Assembly: GCA_013239625.1 (NCBI GenBank)
Contig: MU054212.1
Span: 4,053,643-4,073,642, forward strand
DNA from: Lama guanicoe
Taxonomy: Eukaryota
Direction: 5' to 3'
DNA: 20,000 bases
Shown here: piece by piece, positions 8,390-19,940 of the stretch
Layout of the letters: each line of letters begins with the position of its first letter
Numbering within the stretch: position 1 is the stretch's first letter
Notes under the pieces: generated by a model
Seen by the model: only the letters and a program-made list of their open reading frames with translations
The model's database searches: none
What the model was told of the DNA's origin: nothing
Position numbers and translations under genes: made by a program

Positions 8390-10999
8390 GTAACCCCTGT
8401 CCCTCATGAACCCTTGCAGAGAGAACATAATTAATCACTCCCAACTGTCCCAACCTTCCATTTGTAGCTCCTGTCTTAAGTGGAAAGTACTTACCATTTA
8501 TCTTCATTACTGCCCAGCAACATTAATAAAAATCAGCTTAGGATCTGAGCATAGAATCACTTCCTATATATTCCAATTTAATTTAGGAATGCCTAAATTG
8601 AGAGAAACATCCTTCCCCTGTCTTTGAGAAATGAGTTGTTTTTTTCTGTGATGCTCACCCACTGCAGTAAACAAAGACGCTGCTGCTGTGAAGTCGCCCA
8701 GCCACTTCTTCCATTGACTACTTCCCAGACATTAATTTTCCATCTAATTGTTTTGGTCCACACTTCCACCTCCAGCAGTACTTACACATGCCTACAGATC
8801 TGTTTGATCACAACTCTTGCGTTTTGAATTATTTAATACCCAATCAGTTATAGAAATGTTGTCCTTCATACTCTATCCAGAATTACTGCAAAGGAACAAA
8901 TATAATGTGATATTGAGTAAAGTGAATGTTTTGAAATCATGGATCTCCTGAATAGGTTACCATCTTTGTAATCTTGAATTACTTCCTTTGTGCATAAAAT
9001 AACTGCTTCAGTAAAACTGAGATCACGAACCGCTTCCACATTCCATCTGGGTTTAAAGAGCTTTAGAGCATATTATACATAAAATAGGATAAAAATGCAT
9101 TTGTCTCAGGGAAACTATGGCTTTGCAAAAAATTCATTCTTTCTCTTTAGCTGCAATCTTATGATTTTTTAATTCCTAACTGTTACTTTATACATTTTTA
9201 AAATAGTCCATGCCAGCCTTTTTTTCCCCTTCAAATTAATGCTGTGTTTTATCTCATTCTGAATACATAACACTGGTTAGTTCTTTCAGCATTCTGTGGG
9301 CACGGGCCTCGGGCGGCTCAGTCTCTGCACTTTAGATGCACCAAACAACATTACCATCTTAGCCCTGCAGATCCCATCTTCTCAGCTGCCTTGTTCTCCC
9401 TCTACTTAATGTCATTTTAATGGCACCATTAACTACTCGCTTCATGATTTTCTCTCCTTAGTTGTGATACAACATTATAGTCAATCAGTATTGTCCAAAA
9501 AGGAAAGCTACGAGGAAAACATAGGATTACAGACCCCAGGCCAGTTCTTATGAATCAATTTGCAAAAGCCTTTTCCCTCTTTTCTAATAACTGTTTAATT
9601 GCAGTATCAACTATCTTATCAAATATTAACTTATCTTTTCTAGCTAAATTTTTTCTAGCTTTCAAAACAATCATTACAACCCTCATATGTATAGACGCGT
9701 ATCTAAATACACACATATACAATTCAAATATACAAAGCATATAAACACACATACACTTTAAGCTAGAGCTAACAAAGGATTAGATATGCTGAGAAAGCCA
9801 AGTAGTTTTAGATCTCTAAGTGACCATAATGTGCACAAATATGATCAGTTCTCACATTGATCAAGGCCAATGCAATAATACTAAAGTGATTGTTTCACAG
9901 AGAAACTTAATAGATTTATCTAAAGAACTTGTTGAATATTTTCAGATGAATGATTGTCTTTTTTGCAAGTTGAGGCTACTTCAGCCCGAGTAATCCAAAT
10001 AATGTTTAAACTCTTCATTCTACCATTCCTTGCAGACAGCCTCGCATATTAATCAGCCTGCTTTGATGGTCCTCCGAGAATGGTATCTTAATGTGTACTT
10101 AAGTGCAATAAATAAACTTGACATTTATAGGAATAAAGGAAATGGATATAAATTAAACTGGAAAACGCAGTCCGTAGCTTAGCACCCACATGCCTAGCTA
10201 AAACACAAGGGAAATTTCTACTGTTACAAAGAAGAAAGGGAGATTAGTACTTAGAGACAAAGGCTGTGTGTCCCAGTCCACGGCTGTGGCCCCTCCATCT
10301 GCCTTGGGCACCATTCTTCCCACAAGAGATCACATCATCCTTGCACCAAGTAAGAATGGCCCAAGTCCTCTCCAATAAAGAGCATCCAACTCAAAGTCCA
10401 GGATCTCTGAGAGATGTACCATGCATTCCAGAAGACTTGGAAGTGGCTCTTAGATGTCCAGAGATCTATAAAAAAGTCATTTTTCTACGTCCCATGCCAC
10501 ACCCAGTAGAGAATAGTGGAGTGCGATCAGAATAGCCTCAGTTAAATTTTTCATCTGGAAAATGGAAGATGGGGAAAAACACGGAAGTTTCATAGCAATG
10601 GGAAATTTCTGTAGATCAGAAGGCCAGGTAGGAAGTTCCTTGTTTAAACCCTGGATCCACATCCTGTCAGGAAAGGCTTTGTCAATTGTCTTCTGTGGCT
10701 CCTGGATTTGCTTTTTTAGGAGTTTTTTCTTAGATTTGAGGGGAACGGCATTGATAAAGAAGAGAAATCACACGGCAGAATGGCAAAAGCTTTAGGGGGT
10801 AATTTATTGACCCCCAGGCCTCCTGACTTGCTCTGTAAGGAAGCAGGCTGTACTATTTAATGCCAGCTTGTCTCCAACATGCAGACTTCTAGTCAAAGGC
10901 ATCTAGTCATTTCCATTTGAGACTCACTAAGGTCAAAGGTGTCTTCCTCTTTTGTTTCTTGATGTGTAGACTTTCAATTATTTATTGGTTTCTGTTCAG

Positions 11000-11895
11000 G
11001 ACCACGTCTAAGCATGTTCCCTTTCCAGTTAGCACTTGCCACCCTGAGGCCCTCTGAAACAACTGGCAACCCTTCATCTGCTTTTGCCTTCGCCTGGCTC
11101 ACCTTTGAGGACACTTAACCCAAACCTCTGGAGAATGGCTCTGTGCACCAGCCTTATCTCCTGCTGCTTGGGGAACAGAAGAGTTGGCTTTTCCAACCCA
11201 GCCCTGCCCCAAATTCCTGAATGCTCAGCAAATTGACAAAGCACTTTCTTTAGCAGAACTTTCTTTGGTTCTCTGCTTGTGAAACGTGAAGTGGTTAATT
11301 CCTGCTTGAATGCTCTCCATTTTAGTACCTTTCTACGTGTCATTGGCCGTGAACAGCACCAGCACTCTGATGGTTTCCAAGTATGTCCCCATAGAGCCAC
11401 GATCTTAGTATATAAAGGCTCTGTCTCTAGTTCTCATGGAAAAGAGTTTAGCCACGTTTTTATTATGGTGTGACAAGAGTCACCAGCTTTCTGATCTGAC
11501 CATTACAACACTGCCACGTATTTTAAGTTTTAGTTCGGGCAGTCCCAATTGTTCGGTATCAAGTTTTGTGTCAGAGGGTAGACCACGATGTTCTTACAGA
11601 AACCAAAGGTCTCAAATGAGATGGAATGTCACCCCTCTCATCTGAACTATTCAGAGGCAGGAAGGTGTAAAGGCAAGTAGGGAGTTTTGCTCTGGAAGAT
11701 CACCCGCAACCCATCCCTGCATGTGGTTATGTGGTTTCCAGTTCCCCTGCCATCCAGCAGAAAGGGGAAAGGAAAGAATGGATTTGTTATAGAAATGTGA
11801 TCTGGGACTTGCCCGCATGGTTTTGCACTTGCCATTTTGTCCAACCCCCATCACGGTGCCATGCACTGCTACAAGAGAATTGTAGCCTTCAGCTG
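11000..11895 (+). pseudogene. Large pseudo-exon with several ricin-B-type repeats
   Basis: Acceptor ggtttctgttcag. Across frames: PVSTCHPEAL*NNWQ, GHLTQTSGEWLCA, TQPCPKFLNAQQ, FGSLLVKREVVNSCLNA, LLWCDKSHQ, RCSYRNQRSQMRW, NGFVIEM*SGTC (11777-11812). Donor CTG|gttagc. Confidence 0.55.
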
Positions 11896-12324
11896 GTTAG
11901 CTATGACTGTGCACTTCTGTGGGGGAGGGAGCGTGTTATTGAAACCAAGAAGGGGAGAATACATATACGGGAAGAATGACACCTAACTAATCACTTTATA
12001 AAGAGTATCAATACCATCAGATTTCTGCATTCTGGGTTTAATGCACTTTGGTTAAGAATTAAACCTAGAACTTATGATAGTGTGCTCAATACTTACTTGA
12101 GTGTTTTGAATGTAGTTAACATTAGAAATAGTCATGTAACTCCATTACTGTCTATTTTCAAATTGATTTCCAGGAAGGACAGAAGGAACAATAAGGAAAG
12201 AAACATAAGGTAAAATGATAAAATGTTATTCTTTAGGCTTATATATAAAAATCTACTAAAAGTTTTCATTAACCTATACCCCTCATAATGATATAAAATA
12301 TTAAAAGCATTAAGAATATCAACA

Positions 12325-13580
12325 TGATGCTGGAACAACTGGGTATGGATACAAGGAAAAATGAACTATGATCCCTTTTTTGCATTGTATACACAATTGA
12401 CTAAAAATTAACTAAAATATAAAAACTAAAGATATAAAATCTTTAAAAGTAAACATAGGAGAAAATCTTCATGACCTTGAGTTAAGTATAAATTTCTTAG
12501 ATATGAAACCAAAAGCACAAGTTATAAAAGAAAAAAAAACTAGACTTCATTAAAATGTGCTCTTTGAAAGACACTTGTTAAGAAAATAAAAAGACAAGCT
12601 ACTGATTGGGAGAAAATATTTGCAAAACACATCTGATAAAGAATTTCTATCTAGAATATATAGATAACTTTCTAAACTCAATAAGAAGAAGACAGTTACC
12701 CAACTTAAAAAAATTGGTAAAAGATTTGTATAGACACTTTATTTCACCGAAGAAGATACACAGATGGCAGATAAGCACATAGAGTGATGTTCAACAGCAT
12801 TAGCCATTAGGGAATTACAGATAAAAACTACAGTGAGGTACCGCTCCATACCTACCAGATAAAATTGTTCAAGTTAAGACTGACCATAACAAATGTTAGT
12901 AAGGATGTTAAAACAACTGAAACTGTCATGCACTGATGGTGGGAATCTAAAATGGCACAACCATTTTGAAAAACAGTTTGGCAGTTTCTTAAGGAGTTAA
13001 TAATATACCTACCACATAACTAAGCCATTTTACTCCTAAGTACTTGCCCAAGATAAATAAAAATATATGTCCACACACACATTTGTATATGAATGGTCAT
13101 AGCAGTTTTATTTTTATAGCCCTAAATTGGAAAAAAATGAAAACGCTCATCAGTAGCTGAATGGAGAAACACATTCTGGTATGTTCATAGAACAGAACAC
13201 TATCAGCAATTTAAACAATGAACTATTGATATGCCACAAAATGGGTAAGTTTCAAATTATGATATGGGTAAAAGAAGCTAGAACAAAAAAGAGTGGGTAT
13301 TGTATTACTTCATTAATCTAAGATTCTAGAAGATGCAAGCAAATCTGTGGTGACAGAATGAAGGTAGCTAATGATGGGCAGATGAGGAGGAGGTGGGAAG
13401 GGTGGCAAAGAGGGATTTCAAGGGGTCTGAGGAGTGATAGATATATTAATTACTTTGATTGTGGTGATGGTTTCCTGGGTGTATATAGAAGGCAAAACTT
13501 GTCAAAACGTATACTTTGAATATTTTTAGTTTATTGTACGATTTTGTTCCTCAATATAACTGTTAAAAATTAAAAATAAA
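12325..13580 (+). mobile_element. Old L1M element (L1MD/L1ME-like), ORF2 3' end plus 3' UTR
   Basis: Decayed ORF2 C-terminal sequence (aaacataggagaaaatcttcatgacctt, gggagaaaatatttgcaaaacacatctgataaag) and the typical 3' end ttgattgtggtgatggtttc...cctcaatataactgttaaaaa. Confidence 0.9.
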
Positions 13581-14176
13581 CATTTTAATAGTGTCTTTAA
13601 TAAGTTCTTATGGTTCATAAGCTAAGCAGAAGATGTGTATAGTCATTTAAATATTAAATTTTAATGAACTTTAATTAAGGATGTTTTTCTATTTGTAACT
13701 CCTCATTATAGATTGACCACTGCATTTCTTGTAACATGTTTTACATGCTGTCAAGCTAAAAATAGGCACACACATACTCATTTTCAGAAAGTCTTTTAAA
13801 CCCACAGAATGTTTCATGTATCATTTAAGATAATTGCTAATTCAAGTGGAAATATATTTTTTTAAAGCCAAGGTCATACAAATCAGTTAAAAATAACAAC
13901 AAAAAATTTGTTTTGCTTTTAAAAATATTATCATCTCTCCCATTAGATTGGGTGCCATTATACATTCTACACTAAAATTTTCCATTTCCTTAGATTTTAG
14001 ATTAAATCTTTAACTACTTAACAATAAGGCATAGAATTAATTATTTTGATAGTACCTATGAACTTTAAATCTGAGTCACTTTTATTGATTCTTGTTCCTT
14101 AGAAACATTAAAACTGTATTAAAACAACTGGCTTGACAATTTAAGATAAAGTTCTAATAATGTAAACTGTAGTCTG

Positions 14177-14290
14177 TCCTCCATCCCTCCCTCCCTCCTT
14201 CCTCCTTTCTTCCTCCCCTTCCCTTCCTCCCTGTCTTCTTTCTCTTTGCTTTACTTTTTCTTTCTTTCCTTTATTTTTTCTTGTTACTTT
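14177..14290. repeat. CT-rich low-complexity tract
   Basis: cctccatccctccctccctccttcctcctttct...ttctttcttt. Confidence 0.8.
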
Positions 14291-14297
14291 TTAAATA

Positions 14298-14540
14298 CTG
14301 ATTTATTAAGCAGTTGTGTTCTGAGTTCTGGGGATATGAGTTGTGAGCCCTAGCTTTACTTTTGGATATTTATCTCCCTGTTAGCGAGGAAAGGCAAGGA
14401 CACACTGGAAGGTGGAAGTTAATGGAGGAGATCGGAGGGTGGACGGCATGGGCTGTGGGTACTGCAGATGCCTGAGGGTGGAGTGGACCCAGACACAACA
14501 GTAGGCATGGCAGGTTTTGTGGTCTTTTGTGAAGAATGTA
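14298..14540 (-). mobile_element. L2 3'-region fragment
   Basis: atttattaagcagttgtgttctgagttctggggatatg resembles the reverse complement of the L2 3' end. Confidence 0.45.
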
Positions 14541-14814
14541 GTTTATCATCCCCAGTCAAATAGTGTTACGTTTACAGTGATCATGTCCATTTTATTGATT
14601 TTTAAAAAGTAACCACTGTAGTAGTTTCCTGTCTTCCTAAAATCTTATTGTTTGTGAAAAGTCAAAGGGCCTAAATTGCTATAATTTGATTTCTCAAAAT
14701 ATCCATTAGAATAAAAGTTCGATTTATGGAGGCCTTTTTCCTACAGAAACCACACATCCTGGTGTCTGTAGGACTGTCCCAGTCAGACCTGCATTCATTT
14801 CTTTCAGTAATCAT

Positions 14815-14980
14815 TTAATAGTCATGCGACCTCGGAAAAATTATCTAACCTCTCTGAGCCTTAGTTTCCTCATAGGTGTATAATCTTTCTAGATTTCCTG
14901 CTTTCACATAATGGATGTACCATAGTGCCTGGTCTATAACGCGGCCAAATGAATAAAAGTATTACTCTTTTACTATCATT
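14815..14980 (+). mobile_element. MIR with internal deletion
   Basis: tgcgacctcggaaaaattatctaacctctctgagccttagtttcctcat (MIR core), followed by catagtgcctgg (MIR 3' part). Confidence 0.75.
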
Positions 14981-16204
14981 AATTGAGTTAGGTGATTATT
15001 GTTTAGTATGACTGAACTCCATTTTTTACAACAAGGAAATATGTTATGTAAATTTTATTTTAGTTGTTAGGGTCATGTATTACTATTAGACCAATCATTT
15101 AATTAAGTATTTAGCACTTAATGGTCTTCATTATCACAGATTAAATTAAGTTATTCACAGTGATTGACAAAGCTGATCTTTTGGAAGTAGAAAATAAGAG
15201 ATAAGGGTTGAATATAATGTTTCTAGATTTCCTGCTTTCTAGAAGGCCTCATTTGGAAGCTGGCTCTGCTGTATCAGCTCTCCTGAGACAGACTGCAGGC
15301 TCCAGCTGAGTTAACTTTTATCTTCTGTCATCTTGATATGTTGATTTCATATTTAGGATGGCCATAAATTTAGATCTTTTAGAACAATCTTAGTTCCCAA
15401 TGTGCTGTCCCTTTGTGTGCCCTCAGGTACACTCGTATTTGTTACAGGATATGTTATGTATCTTGGTGCTGACCGTGAGATCAGTGTGCTGAAAGCACTC
15501 AGCTTTTCTGGCTTGATTATTGCTCCATATCATGACCTTGTTCCTAGATTTAAGGTAATACTGATACTCTTTGCTTTGAGCCTTGACTTGATTTCTTATC
15601 TCAGTTTCTTCATTCAATTTGCTTCTGTGACATTTTGGGGGAGCAGATTTGTTATTATCATTACATTATAGTATTAGCAAGTTCATACCTATTTTGTGAA
15701 TGGTTTGTCTCTTTAGATGACGATTTGAAAAATATGCCAAAATATCTTGAAGAAACCATAAGAATCCTCATGAAAACATACCAGGTCCAGTCAAGGATCA
15801 AAACAGTCATATGAATCTCCATGAGAGAGTCAATCACTTTGCGACACTACTAATTTAATTTCTTGCAAAAATCCAAACAGATTTTTAAGCAAGCAGTCCC
15901 ACCAAAAGCATGCCAACCCCCACTCTCCTTGAAGTTCACTCACCATTTAATAGAAACACTATCCTTAAATATTCCATCATGGGGATTAGAAATTAGATCT
16001 GGTAATTCTTGGGTTTAGTGCGTTAATGTTTTTAATGATCTAAAATCACTTACCATTTAGGTCTTAACATTTGTGACTGATTAAGAAACAACTAAATCAG
16101 CCCATGAGTTTTCTTTTTAACTGGTACTCATGGCTGATTTATACATATTATAATTGATTAGGTATACCATGTGGCAATATAAACCATCAATTGGACCTAA
16201 TATG

Positions 16205-16330
16205 ACATTTTATTTATTCAGTGCCATTTAATGAGTATCTAATATATGGTCCACATTGAGTATAGAGCTGGGAATAAAGAGACACCAGGAATAAGATATT
16301 GTTCCTAAATTCGGGGGACTGACATTCCAG
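16205..16330 (-). mobile_element. L2 3' end
   Basis: tttatttattcagtgccatttaatgagtatct...gagctgggaataaagag...gactgacattccag. Confidence 0.6.
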
Positions 16331-16607
16331 ATAATGCCTAGTTGCACTATTTGGAGACACAATTATGCTATTCAATAGGAAAAGCATTATTTGGATTTGT
16401 GTAACTTTGACAGAATAATTATCTGATTCAACTTTTCATTATTCATTTTTAACTAGTTGGTTTGGCATTGTTAACAATTTCAGCCTAAGAGAGCTGAAAA
16501 CAATGACAGTGTGTTGTTTTGGTTCATTTTTTCCCATCCTCTAGGTATGGGCTTACTGTTGATGAAGAGAAGTTATTGCAAGAGTTCAGGTAAGAAATGC
16601 TGATTGA

Positions 16608-18688
16608 TGGAAAAGAAGAGGTGAAAGTGTCACTATATGCTGATGACATGTTATTATATATAGAAAGCCCTAAAAGGTCCACACAAAAACTACTAGAGCT
16701 GATTGAAGAATTCAGCAAGGTAGCAGGTTACAAGATTAACATTTAAAAATCAGTTGCATTTCTTTACACTAATGATGAATCAACAGAAAAAGAAAGTAAA
16801 GAAACAATCCCCTTAAAAATAGCACCCAAAGTAATAAAATACCTAGGAATAAATCTAACCAAGGAGGTGAAAGAATTATACACAGAAAACTATAAACCAC
16901 TGATAAAGGAAATTAAAGAAGACTTTAAAAAATGGAAAGATTTCCCATGCTCTTGGATTGGAAGAATCAATATTGTTAAAATGGTCACACTGCCCAAAGC
17001 AATCTACAGATTTAATGCAATCCCTATCAAATTACCCAGGACATATTTCACAGAACTAGAACAAATCATAACAAAATTTATATGGAACCATCAAAGACCT
17101 AGAATTGCCAAAGCATTACTGAAGAGAAAGAAAGAGGCTGGAGGAATAACTCTCCCAGAATTCAGACAATACTATAGAGCTACTGTCATCAAGACAGCAT
17201 GGTATTGGTACAAAAACAGACATATAGACCAATGGAACAGAATAGAGAGCCCAGAAATGAACCCACAAACTTTTGGTCAACTCATCTTTGACAAAGGAGG
17301 CAAGAATTTACAATGGAATAAAGAAAGTCTCTTCAGCAAATGGTGTTGGGAAAACTGGACAGCAGCATGTAAATCAATAAAGCTAGAACACTCCCTTACA
17401 CCATACACAAAAATCAACTCAAAATGGATCAAAGACTTAAACATAAGACAAGATACAATAAACCTCCTAGAAGAAAATACAGGCAAAACATTATCTGACA
17501 TACATCTCAAAAATGTTCTCCTAGAACAGTCTGCTCAAGCAATAGAAATAAAAGCAAGAATAAACAAAGGGGACCTAATGAAACTTAGAAGCTTCTGCAC
17601 AGCAAAGGAAACCGTAAGTAAAACAAACAGACAACCAACGGAATGGGAGAAAATTTTTGCAAATGAAACCGACAAAGACTTGATCTCTAGAATATATAAG
17701 CAGCTCAAACAACTTAATAAGAAACAAGCAAACAACCCAATCCAAAATGGGCAAAAGACCTAAACAAGCAATTCTCCAAGGAAGACATATAAATGATCAA
17801 TAGGCACAAGAAAAAATGCTCAAAATCACTAATTATCAGAGCAATGCAAATCAAAACTACAATGAGGTATCACCTCACACCAGTCGGAATGGCCATCATT
17901 CAAAAATCTACAAATGACAAATGCTAGAGAGGCTGTGGAGAAAGGGAAACCCTCCTACACTGCTGGTGGGAATGCAGTTTGGTGTGGCCACTGTGGAAAA
18001 CAGTATGGAAATTCCTCAAAAGACTAGGAATAGACTTTCCATATGACCCAGGAATCCCGCTCCTGGGCATATATCCAGAAGGAACCCTACTTCAGGATGA
18101 CACCTGTACCTCAATATTCATAGCAGCACTATTTACGATAGCCAAGACATGGAGACAGCCTAAATGCCCATCAACAGATGACTGGATAAAGAAGATGTGG
18201 TCTATTTATACAATGGAATACTACTCAGCCATAAAAACCGACAACATAATGCCATTTGCAGCAACATGGATGCTCCTGGAGAATGTCATTCTAAGTGAAG
18301 TAAGCCAGAAAGAGAAAAAAAAATACCATATGAGATCGCTCATATGTGGAATCTAAAAAACAAAAACAAAAACAAAAACAAACAAAGAAAGCATAAATAC
18401 AAAACAGAAACAGACTCATAGACATAGAATACTTGTGGTTGCCAAGGGGGCGGAGGGTGGGAAGAGATAGACGGGATTTCAAAATTGTAGAATAGATAAA
18501 CAAGATTATACTATATAGCACAGGGAAATATACGCAAGATTTTATGGTAGCTCACAGAGAAAAAAATGTGACAATGAATATATATATGTTCATGTATAAC
18601 TGAAAAATTGTGCTCTACACTGGAGTTTGACACAACATTGTAAAATGATTATAAATCAATGAAAAATGTTTAAAAAAAAAAAAGGAAA
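16608..18688 (+). mobile_element. Young 5'-truncated LINE-1 (about 2.08 kb): ORF2 from the RT YADD motif to the C-terminus, 3' UTR and poly(A); ORF2 disrupted
   Basis: [14 protein letters not shown] at the 5' end. ORFs 16867-17763 and 17979-18356 are typical L1 ORF2 ([37 protein letters not shown]). In-frame stop at 16744 and a frameshift near 17745. Poly(A) at about 18672-18688. Target-site duplication aaga(a/g)atgctgattga at 16592-16607 and 18689-18704. Confidence 0.97.
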
Positions 18689-18910
18689 AAGAGATGCTGA
18701 TTGAATGGACCAGAATGGTAGCACAGAGATGGAGAGGGGCAGCCAAGGTTGAAATAAATGTTGGAAGAAGAGATGTTGAAATTTCCTGATGGATAGACTA
18801 TGGGGCTGAGGAAGAGTTAATTCTGAGACATTCATTAGACGTTCAAGTAAAATTAATGAGGTTGCTGAGTGTATATATTACGGCCTCAAGGGAGAGGTGA
18901 GGTCTGGGAG
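18689..18910 (-). mobile_element. L2 fragment (continues at about 16560-16607 on the other side of the L1)
   Basis: The joined flanks read gttattgcaagagttcaggtaagaaatgctgattgaatggaccagaatggtagcacagagatggagag...cctgatggatagactatgggg, similar to antisense L2. Confidence 0.6.
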
Positions 18911-19386
18911 TGGACAGGTGATCAGGTTCTTGTTCACTTTTGCTTAATAATACAGAAGTCTATTTTTTTTTGAGCAGTAATTATACAACATGGATTTTTA
19001 ATGAATTTCATATTGCAATGAAGACACTAAACACTTAAAAATAATTACATTGATACAATGTGTTGTCTAGAAGCAGGTATCTGCTTCTATGCAACGCTTA
19101 TAAATGCATTTATTCCTCCCAAAGAAGCTGGCTTTTCACATATTTAAACAACAGATGATTTACAAGATTCTTCAGAGTCCAAAACGTGTACAGGATTTTG
19201 ACTCTACAGAAACTAACGTGCAGTGGTTGAGAAAGGGTGTTGCCTCACCCAACAACGTATCTCTCGTGAAATTATCTAAACACACGTTTTTCGGTAACCA
19301 CACATTTCCTTCTGTTATTAGAAGAAATTTTGGACTCGTAGGCATACATTGGCAAAACCACTCCCATTTGGAAACATCATTTCAGA

Positions 19387-19394
19387 TGACGTCA
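19387..19394. promoter_or_regulatory. Full palindromic cAMP response element (TGACGTCA)
   Basis: Exact TGACGTCA with its CpG retained, at the edge of the CpG-rich region. Confidence 0.6.
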
Positions 19395-19940
19395 ATGCGG
19401 CTAGTCAGACGACTTAATTCCAGCCACGCGTGCGCACACAGTCGCGCACAGTCGCACAGGCACACGCCGGTGCGCACGTACGCACACTCTGTGGCCCCCA
19501 TCTCCCTCTGGACTCCGAGAAACACCCACATGGACACCTCAGCAGCCGGTCCTGCCCCGGGAAGGCCCGGGCACCAGGAACAAAGAAAATCAACCCGTGG
19601 TTGCCGACAGGGCCAAGCAGCTGCCCCGTGGAGCGCGCTCATCTGCACAGACCTCAAGGCCAGCACACACGTACGTTTAAAAGCTTCCTTTTGTTTGTTT
19701 GTTTGTTTGTTTTCGTTTCCTTTTCTCTGGCGGAGGCCTGATTCTTGAGTCTGGCTGAGCTACTTGTAGACTGTTTCCAACATTCCTAACAATGATTCTA
19801 AGACACCCAGACATTCGGACTGAAGCAGGAAAGGAGCCCAAAAGCACAGACACCAGGGAAGGCACCTCACCCAGACCCGGGAGAGCCAGGGCCGGGCCCC
19901 CCTTGCCCTCAGACGCCAGTCAGGGAAACGTTAGACTTAC

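Larger units (their letters stand above)
12..11895 (+). pseudogene. Decayed multi-exon (unprocessed) pseudogene of an LRR-LRRCT-Ig-WSC-PKD-like-(ricin B)n extracellular protein; 5' end lies outside the window
   Basis: Series of AG..GT-bounded segments on the + strand with mostly compatible phases (12-295, 586-915, 1405-1542, 2599-2698, 3161-3291, 3623-3748, 4007-4119, 6930-7131, 7360-7711, 8225-8389, 11000-11895). Their translations carry recognisable extracellular-domain motifs, interrupted by stops and frameshifts. Manual motif recognition only. Confidence 0.65.

Noticed and set aside
11074..11400. 108-aa minus-strand ORF
   Set aside because: Antisense to the ricin-like pseudo-exon, with no motif of its own.
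16867..18356. 298-aa and 125-aa ORFs as host CDS
   Set aside because: They are fragments of L1 ORF2 in a truncated, disrupted element.
19104..19748. 214-aa + strand ORF
   Set aside because: It runs through CpG-rich promoter sequence and a (TTTG)n repeat, with no protein-like motifs; likely a chance ORF from stop-codon depletion.
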